DNA from: Macrostomum lignano
Taxonomy: Eukaryota
DNA: 64,000 nucleotides
Direction of reading: 5' to 3'
Assembly (NCBI GenBank): GCA_002269645.1
Contig: NIVC01002193.1
Span: 124,001 to 188,000, forward strand
Shown here: positions 1 to 13,784 of the stretch, piece by piece
How positions within the stretch are numbered: the first letter of the stretch is position 1
Layout of the letters: every line of letters begins with the position of its first letter
The notes under the pieces: generated by a model
What the model saw: only the letters and a program-made list of their open reading frames with translations
Told to the model about the DNA's origin: nothing
Database searches by the model: none
Made by a program: the position numbers and the translations under genes

Positions 1-190
1 CTCAGTCCCCATGTCTCCCACAGCCTTTAGTTCCAAATTTACTGTCAATCATTTCCGTTTTAACCCTCGGTGAAGTTTATAAAATTTCAGTTTTGACAGT
101 CGCTGAATTAAATGTTTTAATTGTGAATCCTTGAATTTTATGTTTCAGTGCCTCGTTAAGATTGTTGTTTAAGTAAGAGAGAGATAAGGA

Positions 191-445
191 GAGTGACAGT
201 GCGGGGATAGCAGTGCTGGAGTGACAGTGTGAGAGTGTCAGTGTGAGGATGACAGTGTGAGAGTGACAGTGTGAGGATGACAGTGTGAGAGTGACAGTGT
301 GAGAGTGACAGTGTGAGAGTGATAGTGTGAGAGTGACAGTGTGAGGATGGCAGGTGCTAGAGTGACAGTGTGAGGATGGCAGGTGCTAGAGTGACAGTGT
401 GAGGATGGCAGGTGCTAGAGTGACAATGTCCTGACTTGTGATAGT
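191..445. repeat. Minisatellite, GAGTGACAGTGTGA(GGAT) 14-16 bp core with longer variants
   Basis: Tandem copies of gagtgacagtgtga seen directly. Confidence 0.85.
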
Positions 446-1284
446 GACATTCAGAGAGCAACATTGTAAGAGTGAAAGAATTGGGAGGAAGATTCCTGCG
501 ATATCCTGTCAGAGCAAAGATATGAAAACTAAAGATGGGGCTTGAAATTTTCTAACATAAAAGAGTTTCTGCGATGAACAGGGGGGGGGGGCGGGCTGAT
601 AAAGTGTGGAAGCTTTGTTCCAGATCCTCTCCTCGCTTCCCACTTCGTCTCGTCTTATTATTGTTGATGTCGACCTCGCAGTCTCTCTGTTTTCACTCAT
701 AGCAGCCATTTTCCAGTTGGCTGCCCATCACTTCTGTTCTGGGAAAGCGTCATTGGCAATACAATGCAGCCCGAGCCAGAGCAGGTCAAGTGCTCCAAGA
801 GCTGGCGCCCCTTGTGACTTCAGCTTGTCAATTTGGTTGGAAGAGGGTAGGTAGAAAGTGAAAAGAACTCTTCGACAATGACTTCGATCATAGGGCCAAA
901 GGTCATGCACGCGGAAATGAAGAGGCTTGATGAATTCAGCTTACGGCTCTCTTATCAGCATTAATTTCGCCTGAATTGCCAGTATAGAAACCTCAATGCA
1001 AGGGCTCGACCGTGGCACGGCCCAGGGACTCCTAGAAATAGCATCAATGGACTGGAAACTGTTGAATTCAATTTGAAGTTGAGAGAAGATTGGTTTCTTA
1101 GAATCTTTGACGATCAAGCTGCTAGCTAATTTCTATGAATTGGCGCGAATTCAATTTGGTCTAAGAGTTGATTGTGTTAATAAGTTTAACGAGTTTTAAC
1201 AGCATCATCTATCGTGGTGTCGTGGATTTATGAAACCAACGATGCTATCACACCTTTGATTTAGGTTTTTTATTATTAAAGGCC

Positions 1285-1609
1285 GGGGGCTGTGTGCACC
1301 CAGGCGCACTTCAAGCGACATTGTCGCACAACCGGCGAGAGGCATGTACGCAGATATAAGATACGTACTGTACGCAGTCACACGCACAGGCACACACTCA
1401 CACAGGAGTGTACAGCGGCCCTAACTTTATTTATCGTTAGGCATGTACACTTCATTGTGCCTTGGGGTTAGCCCTCAAGGGCGTTAATTGCACGAGCAGA
1501 GCCAAGCCGAGATTCCAATTTAGCCCCAAATTAATGCGACTACACTTGGAATCGAGCCTGGGCCGCTGGCACATCAGAGCGCCGTGCTTGACCACTTGGC
1601 TACGGCCCC
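1285..1609 (-). mobile_element. tRNA-derived SINE, full-length copy 1
   Basis: Minus strand begins GGGGCCGTAGCCAAGTGGTCAAG...GGCTCGATTCC (Pol III A and B boxes) and ends in an A-rich tail (tttaataataaaaaa). Closely similar to 16309-16660 and 43948-44270. Confidence 0.8.
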
Positions 1610-3256
1610 CTAATGTCATTTTCATATTAATATTAAATAATTTGCAAAGGCTACAGCAATAGCATCATTGTGAAAGTATCTTCTTCTCGAGCTTCCAGTC
1701 CACTGATGCTAGTTCCTAGGAGTCCCTGGTCGCACACCTCTTCTCTTCACATTTGTGCCAGCGGCAACTCAATACGCTCGCAGGGGCATCGCGGAGGAGA
1801 CGTCAGGTCCACAGGCCCACCAGCACCCACCCCCCCCCCCATTGGCCCAATGTACAGCAGGCCCACGGACCGCGATTCACTGCAGCAACTAAACGGGAAT
1901 ATTAGGGATAGGAAGGCTCTTTTGCTGACTATGGAAATCTCGGAACACTGTGCAACAGCACCAGCAACAGGGGCAGCAGCTGTTATCGGCTCTCCCAGCC
2001 CAGACCTCTCAGTTATTGTAGTTTTCCATCTGCGCTGCCCACCCGCCTGATCCCCTGCCGCTATTTCGCGTATTTGAGGACGCGGCGATTTTCAACTTTT
2101 CAATTGGTCGGCTTTTGAAAGGCGCGGCGCTTCTCTTTGAACGGCGCTTGACGACTGACGAGCTGCAAGCGCCACCCAACCTCTCTTGTTCGCTCTTTTC
2201 TATTTTACCCCTCCGGGATTTTTTCTTCTCTTTCTGCCGCTGTGTTTACTCTGTCAGCAGGCGGCACAGACGCGGCAGTGCCGACAAAAAATGCTTTTTT
2301 TCGCCGCCGCCGCAGCCGCAGAAGAGCAAGAGACAGGGGGGGGGGGGCTGGGACGTGGCGTCCCACTAAACCCCCAACCGCCTTCTTTTAAACTTACTGG
2401 CCAAATACTTTTCCCCCGCTGCGGAGCCTGTATTTTTTACTACAAAGAGAAATCAGCCGTCTTGTGAATGCTGCTTGAAGCTTATGGCCGACTTGCTCTG
2501 CCCAATGCCCAAAAAGCATTGCCCAATTAACTCAAACAGGGGAGAATCTCCCCAAAACAACTCCTCTCGACGCTGAGCCAGTGGATGAAGGCCAAGTCTG
2601 GCCATGCAAAATGAGTTTCTTTTTGCGGCCTGAGTGCGCTAAACTGCTGCTGCAATTAGAATTGTGTCATTAATTAGTGGAGGGGATTGCTTGGTGCTTT
2701 TTTAGTGCGGCTTATTTGTTGGGATTAGGGATCTGAAACTTTTATTTGTCCCATGGGAGACTAACTTTCTGCCTTTCTCTCCATTGACTTATTTGCTTAC
2801 TTTGACAAAGAAGAACCCGAGCCCCTTCCAATTTCCTGTGTCTCTAAGCCGGAATCTCTGAGGGGATTTTTTTAGTCCTTAGGCGATCTCTTTAGAAAGT
2901 GATGAAGCGAGTGAATGAGAGAAATCGCTCAATTATAGTGTATCAGTGGCGGCTGGGCAGGGCTGTCCTCGCATCCCCCTTTGGGTTGGGCGGCTGCATC
3001 CATCCCTTTTGCGAATTAAAAGAAGCAGACTCACGCGTCGCGTTAAGGGAGGCGGTAATTTGACGCCCAACTACGAGCTAAAGGTGAAATTAATTCCCCC
3101 ATATTTAGCGATTGGATAATTATAGTAATGTTGCTAATCTTGAAAAGCGGAATCTTCAAGCTCTTCCCTAAATCTGCATTTTCGTGAGGAAAACTTCGAC
3201 AATAAGGGTCAATTTTTTTTCCAAAGTACTCGTTTCTACGATGTCCGACGCACTAG

Positions 3257-4179
3257 CCACTAGGCTACAACCCACTAGGCTACAACCCACTAGGCTACAA
3301 CCCACTAGGCCTACAACCCACTAGGCCTACAACCCACTGGGCTACAACCCACTAGGCTACAACCCACTAGGCTACAACCCACTAGGCTACAACCCACTAG
3401 GCTACAATCCACTAGGCTACAACCCACTAGGCTACAACCCACTAGGCTACAACCCACTAGGCTACAATCCACTAGGCTACAACCCACTAGGCTACAATCC
3501 ACTAGGCTACAACCCACTAGGCCTACAACCCACTAGGCTTACAACCCACTAGGCTACAACCCACTAGGCTACAATCCACTAGGCTACAACCCACTAGGCT
3601 ACAATCCACTAGGCTACAACCCAATAGGCTACAACCCACTAGGCTACAACCCACTAGGCTACAATCCACTAGGCTACAATCCACTAGGCTACAACCCACT
3701 AGGCTACAACCCACTAGGCTACAACCCACTAGGCTACAACCCACTAGGCCTACAACCCACTAGGCCTACAACCCACTGGGCTACAACCCACTAGGCTACA
3801 ACCCACTAGGCTACAACCCACTAGGCTACAACCCACTAGGCTACAATCCACTGGGCTACAACCCACTAGGCTACAACCCACTAGGCTACAACCCACTAGG
3901 CTACAATCCACTAGGCTACAACCCACTAGGCTACAATCCACTAGGCTACAACCCACTAGGCCTACAACCCACTAGGCTTACAACCCACTAGGCTACAACC
4001 CACTAGGCTACAATCCACTAGGCTACAACCCACTAGGCCTACAACCCACTAGGCTACAATCCACTAGGCTACAACCCACTAGGCTACAACCCATTAGGCT
4101 ACAATCCACTAGGCTACAATCCACTAGGCTACAACCCACTAGGCCTACAACCCACTAGGCTACAACCCACTAGGCTACA
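3257..4179. repeat. 15-bp minisatellite CCACTAGGCTACAAC with higher-order structure
   Basis: About 60 copies; 16-bp variants recur, giving near-identical blocks at 3311-3517 and 3750-3956. Confidence 0.95.
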
Positions 4180-4398
4180 TTTCTTCAAATTCTTGTTCAG
4201 AATCTTTATGACCCTGGCAGGTTTGTGAAAAATCTTTTGTTTCGGCCTCATCCTGAAATTGGCCAAAATAAACAAATTTGAAAGATTTAAAATCAATCAA
4301 CTTTACAAGTTTTGTTATAATTTAATTGCAATTTAAACGGCTACTGGCACTAAATGCATGTGACACTGTGTGCATTTGGTTGCACATCTCGACCGCAG

Positions 4399-5162
4399 CC
4401 AATTCTAACATCACCCAACCTCTCAACAATCCAGCTGAGCCTCCGCAGCCTCAGCAGCCGCGCCAACCCGACGCTGCCGACGCCGTGCCGCCCAGCCCGC
4501 CGCCGCTGGCGCCAAAGCGGCAGTGCCGCTCGCTGACGCTGCTGCGCGGCGGCCTTCACCGACCGGTGCCAGTGCGGCCTCCCGGCCCCCCGCTACTCGA
4601 GTTCGGCCTCCGCGACCTCCGCCTCTGCGCTGCCACGCCGCCGCCGCCAGCGCCACAGCAGCAGCAGCAGCCGCTCGGCAGTCCGCAGGACAGCCTGTCT
4701 CCCCGCAGTTTCCCTGGCTCGTCTCCTGGTAGCTCCCCGCCCCAGTGGAATTTTGCCGCTCAGCTGGCCAGACTGTCGCCTCCGATGCAGCTTCTGCAGT
4801 TTCAGCGGCAGCCCCAGCCGCAGCAGCAGCAGCAACGGCGTCGGCATCCAAGCCGCCGGCGGTGGCGGCGACACCGGCCAGCGATGCAGCAGCCGCTGCT
4901 GACGCCGCCCCCGCCAGAGCCGCCGTTGCCAAGCGCCGGTCGGAGCTTCCTGGTCGGCCTGCCGCACATCGCCTGCAGCCCGTCGCCGCAGCCGCAGGCG
5001 CGCCACGATGCTCAGTACTATTATTATCAGGACGAGCTCATTCCTGAGGAGGACTCAGACTCCTCAGCAGACGGTGCCGAGAAGGAGGACGACGGCGACA
5101 GCGGCTGCGAAGATGTCAGGGGTGTCGAACTTGACGTTGATGAGATTGAGAGCGACCTTTGA
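4399..5162 (+). CDS. Probable terminal exon of an unidentified P/Q/R-rich protein with an acidic C-terminus
   Basis: GC-rich ORF of more than 250 codons. Acceptor-like gaccgcag| at 4398 (phase 1); acidic tail DELIPEEDSDSS...EIESDL then TGA. Upstream exons not found. Confidence 0.45.
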
Positions 5163-5164
5163 GG

Positions 5165-5285
5165 ACTGCCTGACTGCCTGACTGCCTGACTGACTGACTG
5201 ACTGACTGACTGACTGACTGACTGACTGACTGACTGACTGACTGACTGACTGACTGACTGACTGACTGACTGACTGACTGACTGC

Positions 5286-5374
<89 letters not shown>

Positions 5375-5383
5375 TGACTGACT

Positions 5384-5415
<32 letters not shown>

Positions 5416-5612
5416 GACTGACTGACTGACTGACTGACTGACTGACTGACTGACTGACTGACTGACTGACTGACTGACTGACTGACTGACTGACTGACTG
5501 ACTGACTGACTGACTGACTGACTGACTGACTGACTGACTGACTGACTGACTGACTGTCTGACTGACTGACTGACTGACTGACTGACTGCCTGACTGACTG
5601 ACTGACTGACTG
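5165..5612. repeat. (GACT)n tetranucleotide microsatellite
   Basis: About 110 near-perfect copies starting directly after the stop codon at 5162. Confidence 0.98.
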
Positions 5613-6844
5613 GCCTCCGCATAGTTCAGCAGCAATCTCCAAGTCATAAAGTTATAAATGCGCACCCCTTCAGTTCCACACTGATGTATTTAAGACTGCT
5701 CTGCCCCAATCCCTGATTCCTATTTGATTTTGTAAAAAAGCAACTCGCGGTGTTAGCCTGTTTTTATTGACAAAAATTTCTTGAGCGATTTCATATTTTG
5801 TTGCCCCGATCTGTCCCTACTGCTCCGAGGCCTCTCGAACTGTTGAGGGACAGATTTTCAATCCTCTTTGGCGATAAGGACTGTACATATAGTGTACTCT
5901 TGAGGCTCTACTGCACCCATCGCTTGTCTTGTCAATGCGTTTCACTCGCGTTATTTAATGCGATTAATAAATCAAATTGGCTCTGCTCGGGCCGGCGGTT
6001 CTTGTGTTGTCAAATCGCACTACATTTAAAACCCAGAGAAAAAAAAGCGGAACTCCATTTGGGTAGCGGCTGGGAGGCGGTTTTAGCACTGCAGGAGGAA
6101 GCGAGCGGTCTTGAGTCACTCAACTCTTGAGGAGGGGGAGGTGGCGGTTGTTGCAGAAACCGTTGGACTGGAAATAGCTAGTAGAGAAAGGAAGGTTGTG
6201 AGCCTTTCCTACTCACTACAGCAGTCTCTGCCCCTCTGCGGTTGCCAAGAGGCGCAAAGTATAAAAGGGATTGATTTCCGCCATACACCTTGCTGTCAGC
6301 TATTTTTTCCTAAGCTCAATAACTTTTATCGATTAGAATTGGTGCCGGTGTGTGTGCTGGAGAGGCAGGGAAATCTGCTTGTAGCGGACTGAGCTCTGGA
6401 GATCTTGGCTGAGGAAATTAACCAGCTCAGGTCTCGGTGTTGCGTCAGAATCCCAGGCTCCATTAGTGTCTCGAATTTCTGGCACGCCCTAAAAAACTCT
6501 CCATTTCTTTGAGCGCGAGTCGCGCTTTCTTTTAAAAGCAGAAGAAACTGTCGATTTCTGCGAGGCGTCGAAATTCTGTAAAGTGCTCTCTAATGCCAAG
6601 CCATGGAGCTACCCGAGGCACGTGCGAGGGGAGCCTGTATTAGCTGTAGTAGCACTCTATCAATGGGACGCGCGTCAAAGGCCTTGGCGCCCTGCAAAGC
6701 TGCACCTACACATGTATTATAAGCCTCGTTGTTGTATGTTTGTGGTGCAGACTGAAAAATAAAAGGGAGATTTCTCTCGTGTTTCGTTTTAAATAAATTA
6801 TAACCAATGGAAGTCTGTTGAAAAGTTTTTTAAGACAGCGACAA

Positions 6845-7440
6845 GGGTGAGTGAATAGGAGGGCAGGGATGAGTGAATAGGAGGGCAGGGATGAGTGAAT
6901 AGGGGGAGGGTGAGTGAATAGGAGGGCAGGGATGAGTGAATAGGAGGGCAGGGATGAGTGAATAGGAGGGCAGGGATGAGTGAATAGGAGGGCAGGGATG
7001 AGTGAATAGGAGGGCAGGGATGAGTGAATAGGAGGGCAGGGATGAGTGAATAGAAGGGCAGGGATGAGTGAATAGGAGGGCAGGGGTGAGTGAATAGGGA
7101 TACCAGGGGTGAGTGAATAGGGATACCAGGGGTGAGTGAATAGGGGACACCAGGGGTGAGTGAATAGGAGGGCAGGGGTGAGTGAATAGGGGACACCAGG
7201 AGTGAGTGAATAGGGGGCAGGGGTGAGTGAATAGGGGACACCAGGGGTGAGTGAATAGGGGGCAGGGGTGAGTGAATAGGAGACATCAGGGGCGAGTGAA
7301 TAGGGGGCAGGGGTGAGTGAATAGGAGACATCAGGAGTGAGTGAATAGGGGACACCAGGGGCGAGTGAATAGGGGGCAGGGGTGAGTGAATAGGGGACAC
7401 CAGGAGTGAGTGAATAGGGGACATCAGGGGTGAGTGAATG
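6845..7440. repeat. 22-25 bp minisatellite (GGGTGAGTGAATAGG core)
   Basis: Tandem gagtgaatagg units with graded variants. Confidence 0.95.
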
Positions 7441-8082
7441 GTTGATGATTAAGGGACAGGTAAACGAGGGATTAAGATGCTGACTGGGCACTGAGCAGAA
7501 AACAAACTATATTGATGAATGAATATTCTTCGGTCGGGCCTCAATAAATGGAGTGAAGCAATGCAAGCAAGCACTAAAACGCCATGAGACCCGTGTGAAA
7601 CTACAAACTAGGGTGAATTTCGGCCAAATTCCGCGAACTCAGTGCAAGATATGGAGTCTTACTATAGTCGTATAGAGAGAGGCTTATTGTTCCATGCCTG
7701 AGTGCGTAGTGTGAAAATATTCATAGCTATTAATTTTTATTGCTGCAATCGCTAACTGCTTATACCAATAGAGCTTGGGAAGCAATGCACACGATTGAAA
7801 ACAATTAAATCAATAGGCCAGGATTAAAATCCTCTATACGCGTATGGATCGACCCAGGCATTCAGCCATTAGCCCGGGGCTATCAAACCGGCTTTTAACG
7901 GTTGAGCTGACCTGTGGGACTGCATTGGTCTGCGCATACGAGTATGCCATAAATTAAACAGAGAAAAAACTCACAAAAGGTTGTCAGAATTTTCGCCTGT
8001 GAAACTGGAGGGTCGCATTGGAATAATAATAATAATAACTAATTATAATATAAATTTACGGCATGCAGAAACTGCCAGCCAA

Positions 8083-8096
8083 AGAGAGAGAGAGCG

Positions 8097-8127
<31 letters not shown>

Positions 8128-8141
8128 GAGAGAGAGAGAGG

Positions 8142-8177
<36 letters not shown>
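8083..8177. repeat. (GA)n microsatellite
   Basis: Direct observation. Confidence 0.95.
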
Positions 8178-8178
<1 letters not shown>

Positions 8179-8764
8179 GATCTGTCTGGCAGTTTGCCAG
8201 CACGGCTAAACTAAGATTGTTGGCACTGGGCCCAAGCTGCCGCAGACTGGGAGAGAGAGAGAGAGAATTTCAAGCTGGAAGATCTGCTTGTAGCTTATAG
8301 AGTTAGTGAGCGTTTGTTTATTGTCAGCCCCCCCCCCCACGTTTCGTTTGCGCTGCACTGCATGCGACACCGGCTGATCCACCTTGGCCCGCAAAGCCTC
8401 AATCCGGCTTGTTTGGCATGCAGCACTCGATCTGATTGGCAGATTAAGAACTTTAGCTCGCACCTTTAATTGTAGCTGAATGCAAGGCCGCCGGATCGCA
8501 CGTTGCGATAGAGCCAACAGATACGAGGGGGTATGCATTGCTATACAGAGGAAGTGCACACGCATCGCTGAACACAGGGTTGTTGCTGGCAGCTCACTGT
8601 TTCACGTGTCCTGAAAATTTGCACATGTTATGCTCGAAATAGGGTTTCAGAGGGGGGGGCGAAGTTGTGCCAAACTGGTGCTAAGAATGGCGCTTTGGGC
8701 CGGGCGCTTTTTGAACGTCTTGCGAGATTTTAGGCGCGTTTGAGCAAGCTTTGGGAGCACTTGG

Positions 8765-9330
8765 AGGAGCTTTTGGGGGAGCGTTGAGGAAGCTTTTGGG
8801 GTAGCTTTGAGGGGGAGCTTTGAGGGGGAGCTTTGAGGGGGAGCTTTGAGGGGGAGCTTTGAGGGGGAGCTTTGAGGGGGGAGCTTTGAGGGAGCTTTTG
8901 GGTGAGCTTTGAGGGGGAGCTTTGAGGGGGAGCTTTGAGGGAGAGCTTTGAGGGAGCTTTTGGGTGAGCTTTGAGGGGGAGCTTTGAGGGGGAGCTTTTG
9001 GGGGAGCCTTGAGGGGGAGCTTTGAGGGAGAGTTTTTGGGGGAGCGTTGAGGGAGCTTTTGGGTAGCTTTGAGGGGGAGCTTTGAAGGGGGAGCTTTGAG
9101 GGGGGAGCTTTGAAGGGGGAGCTTTGAGGGGAGCTTTGAGGGGGAGCTTTGAGGGGGAGCTTTGAGTGGAAGCTTTGAGGGAGCTTTTGGGGGAGCTTTG
9201 AGGGGGAGCTTTGAGGGGGAGCTTTGAGGGGGAGCTTTGAGGGGAGCTTTGAGGGGGAGCTTTGAGGGGGAGCTTTGAGGGGCTTTGAGGGGAGCTTTGA
9301 GGGCGAGCTTTGAGGGGGAGCGTTGAGGGA
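8765..9330. repeat. 13-bp minisatellite GGGGGAGCTTTGA
   Basis: Tandem copies with degenerate edges. Confidence 0.95.
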
Positions 9331-10267
9331 TGCCTTTGGTGAGCTTTGGGGGCGCTTTTTATGTCTTATGGCACCCTATGAGCGTTTGAGCATTTTGAGG
9401 GCTCTTTATAGGGCGCTTGAGGGGGCATCAAATCAAAGCCTCGACTACATGTGGGTCCATATTTCATATTTAAGCCCGCAAAACCAATGCCAATTCTCTT
9501 CTGCACTCTGTCTGGGTTTGGACAGGTGCCAAAAACCTCGCCAGGAATTTTGCAGGCTTAAATTGCAGATGCGCACTAGTGCACGCACATGCACTTTTGT
9601 GGAATAAGAGCAGGAAATTAAAATGCAATAAAGTGTATTGAATATTGCAAACTGCATACCTGATTGCTTGAGCTACGATCGAAGTTCAAGTAAAAATTTG
9701 TTTGTGCCTCGCAAGCATTGTTGTAAACAGTATCTTATTGTAAAAAAATCCATATTTTTTAATAATCTCTCTAAACATTGAGGCAGACAAGAGCATACTA
9801 CTTTTAGTAGTGTATTGGAATTGAAGAAATTTGTGAACAAACAGATTCTAAGGTGGCGTTTCACAAGCTAGAAACAGTTCATGACGAAAACTCCATCAAG
9901 GGATTTCATAATGCATAATGCTTCTCACAACGGATTTCATAATGGTTTAATCAAGAGGGAGACACTACTTCGTATGATAGAAACTCACTGAAGGCCTGAT
10001 TCAATGCACAATACACTATCAAGTTTTGCAACGGCTTTCTTTAGTAGAAAAACTAGCTATCTAGTGCCCCCCTTCGGGGCGGCGAATTAGCAAGGAGCAA
10101 AATTATTCATAGCTCGTACAAATCAATTAAAAAGCACATTTTCTTAAGAACCAATTCCTTCTTCAGTTTTATAAATCACCCTATTCGAATAAAACTGTCA
10201 CTGACAGTTTGCTATGAATCGCTTTTTTCTAAAAGTATCAAAAGGACACAAAATAAAGCTTTCACAA

Positions 10268-13235
10268 AGATAGCAAGTATCTCCCAGATAGCAAGCATCC
10301 CTAAATAGCAAGGATCCCTGGATAGCTAGCGCATCCCCCAGATAGCAAGCATCCCTAAATAGCAAGGATCCCTGGATAGCTAGCGCACCCCCAGATAGCA
10401 AGCACCCCCCTAGATAGCAGGCAACCCTCAGATAGCAAGCACCCCTCAGATAGCAGGCACCCCCCAAATAGCAGGCACCCCTCAGATAGCAAGCACCCCT
10501 CAGATAGCAAGCATCCCCCAGATAGCAAGCATCCCCCAGATAGCAAGCATCCCCAAGATAGCAATCATTCCCAGATAGCAAGCACCCCTCAGATAGCAAG
10601 CACCCCTCAGATAGCAAGCACCCCTCAGATAGCAAGCACCCCTCAGATAGCAAGCACCCCTCAGATAGCAAGCACCCCTCAGATAGCAAGCACCCCTCAG
10701 ATAGCAAGCACCCCTCAGATAGCAAGCACCCCTCAGATAGCAAGCACCCCTCAGATAGCAAGCATCCCCCAGATAGCAAGCATCCCCAAGATAGCAAGCA
10801 TCCCCAAGATAGCAATCATTCCCAGATAGCAAGCACCCCTCAGATAGCAAGCACCCCTCAGATAGCAGGCACCCCCCAAATAGCAGGCACCCCTCAGATA
10901 GCAAGCACCCCTCAGATAGCAAGCATCCCCAGATAGCAAGCATCCCCCAGATAGCAAGCATCCCCAAGATAGCAAGCATCCCCAAGATAGCAATCATTCC
11001 CAGATAGCAAGCACCCCTCAGATAGCAAGCACCCCTCAGATAGCATCATAGCAAGCATCCCCCAGATGGCAAGCATCCCCCAGATGGCAAGCATCCCCCT
11101 AGATAGCAAGCTAGATAGCAAGCATCCCCCAGATAGCAAGCATCCCCCAGATGGCAAGCATCCCCCTAGATAGCAAGCTAGATAGCGCATCCCCCTAGAT
11201 AGTGCAAGCATCCCCCAGATAGCAAGCATCCTTCTAGATAGCAAGCATCCTCCCAGATAGCAAGCATCCCTCAGATAGCAAGCATCCCCCAGATAGCAAG
11301 CATCCCCCAGATGGAAAGCATCCCCCTAGATAGCAAGCTAGATAGCAAGCATCCCCCTAGATAGCAAGCATCCTCCCAGATAGCAAGCACCCCTCAGATA
11401 GCAAGCACCCCTCAGATAGCAAGCACCCCTCAGATAGCAAGCACCCCTCAGATAGCAAGCACCCCTCAGATAGCAAGCATCCCCCAGATAGCAAGCATCC
11501 CCCAGATAGCAAGCATCCCCAAGATAGCAATCATTCCCAGATAGCAAGCACCCCTCAGATAGCAAGCACCCCTCAGATAGCAAGCATCCCCCAGATAGCA
11601 AGCATCCCCCAGATAGCAAGCATCCCCAAGATAGCAAGCATCCCCAAGATAGCAATCATTCCCAGATAGCAAGCACCCCTCAGATAGCAAGCACCCCTCA
11701 GATAGCATCATAGCAAGCATCCCCCAGATGGCAAGCATCCCCCAGATGGCAAGCATCCCCCTAGATAGCAAGCTAGATAGCAAGCATCCCCCAGATAGCA
11801 AGCATCCCCCAGATGGCAAGCATCCCCCTAGATAGCAAGCTAGATAGCGCATCCCCCTAGATAGTGCAAGCATCCCCTAGATAGCAAGCATCCCCCTAGA
11901 TAGCAAGCATCCTCCCAGATAGCAAGCATCCCTCAGATAGCAAGCATCCCCCAGATAGCAAGCATCCCCCAGATGGCAAGCATCCCCCTAGATAGCAAGC
12001 TAGATAGCAAGCATCCCCCTAGATAGCAAGCACCCCTCAGATAGCAAGCACCCCTCAGATAGCAAGCACCCCTCAGATAGCAAGCACCCCTCAGATAGCA
12101 AGCATCCCCCAGATAGCAAGCATCCCCAAGATAGCAAGCATCCCCAAGATAGCAATCATTCCCAGATAGCAAGCACCCCTCAGATAGCAAGCACCCCTCA
12201 GATAGCAGGCACCCCCCAAATAGCAGGCACCCCTCAGATAGCAAGCACCCCTCAGATAGCAAGCATCCCCCAGATAGCAAGCATCCCCCAGATAGCAAGC
12301 ATCCCCAAGATAGCAAGCATCCCCAAGATAGCAATCATTCCCAGATAGCAAGCACCCCTCAGATAGCAAGCACCCCTCAGATAGCATCATAGCAAGCATC
12401 CCCCAGATGGCAAGCATCCCCCAGATGGCAAGCATCCCCCTAGATAGCAAGCTAGATAGCAAGCATCCCCCAGATAGCAAGCATCCCCCAGATGGCAAGC
12501 ATCCCCCTAGATAGCAAGCTAGATAGCGCATCCCCCTAGATAGTGCAAGCACCCCTCAGATAGCAAGCATCCCTCAGATAGCAAGCATCCCCCAGATAGC
12601 AAGCATCCCTCAGATAGCAAGCATCCCCCAGATAGCAAGCATCCCCCAGATGGCAAGCATCCCCCAGATGGCAAGCATCCCCCAGATGGCAAGCATCCCC
12701 CAGATGGCAAGCATCCCCCAGATGGCAAGCATCCCCCTAGATAGCAAGCTAGATAGCAAGCATCCCCCTAGATAGCAAGCATCCCCCAGATAGCAAGCAT
12801 CCTCCCAGATAGCAAGCATCCCCCAGATAGCAAGCATCCCTCAGATAGCAAGCATCCCCCAGATAGCAAGCATCCCCCAGATAGCAAGCATCAGATAGCA
12901 AGCATCCCCCCAGATAGCAAACATCCCCCAGATAGCAAGCATCAGATAGCAAGCATCCCCCCAGATAGCAAACATCCCTCAGATAGCAAGCATCCCCCCA
13001 GATAGCAAACATCCCCCAGATAGCAAGCATCAGATAGCAAGCATCCCCCCAGATAGCAAACATCCCTCAGATAGCAAGCATCCCCCATGGTTAGCAAGCA
13101 CCCCCCCCCCCCAGATAGCAAGCATCCCCCTAGATAGCAAACATCCATGGTTAGCAAGCACCCCCCCCCCCCAGATAGCAAGCACCCCCCCCCCCCAGAT
13201 AGCAAGCATCCCCCCAGATAGCAAGCATCTCTAAA
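10268..13235. repeat. 17-18 bp minisatellite (AGATAGCAAGCATCCCCC) with a ~660-680 bp higher-order repeat
   Basis: Marker variants tagcatcata at 11041/11703/12382 and gatagcgcat at 11181/11843/12522 (spacing 662 and 679). Confidence 0.95.
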
Positions 13236-13784
13236 TAGCAATAAAAAAACTGGGAGAAAAAACCAACGTTCTCATTTTTTTTTGTGAAATACAAAACTGA
13301 AATTGAAATGTTTTGTCATCATATTTTTAATAGAAAATGCGCGAGAAATTATATTTTAAATGTATATTGAGAGCTGAATAAACTTATCTCGTAAATATGT
13401 ATATTTATCACAACCAGTCAACGCCACTAAAACAAAATTACTCGAACACTGCAAACAATCAGCATAGCTAAAGCATGGAGTGCTAACCGGATAAAAGATG
13501 AGCCATCTTGTGGTCTGCAAATACGAGTATCAATGCAGATTAGCTGATTTTGTTAAACAGTGACATTGTAGCTCGTAAAGCTTCGTACTTAGGTGTAACG
13601 CAATATTTTTTTAAACTGCTAATGTTTTATATTTTAACTACAAGAAGTAAAGGTTATAAAGAGAAGCATTTATCTACATATTAATACAAATCATTGTATC
13701 GATATGTGCCGGGTGAAAGCGCGAATAATATTGGTGCACTCGTCAGTCAAACTGCTCTTTAAATCCTAACACCGGGAGCTATCG

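Noticed and set aside
1540-1609. tRNA gene
   Set aside because: A and B boxes are present but there is no closing acceptor stem, and the sequence continues into a repeated body. It is a SINE head (same for 16590-16660).
509-2467. Short ORFs at the window start
   Set aside because: No recognisable motifs or consistent splice chain.
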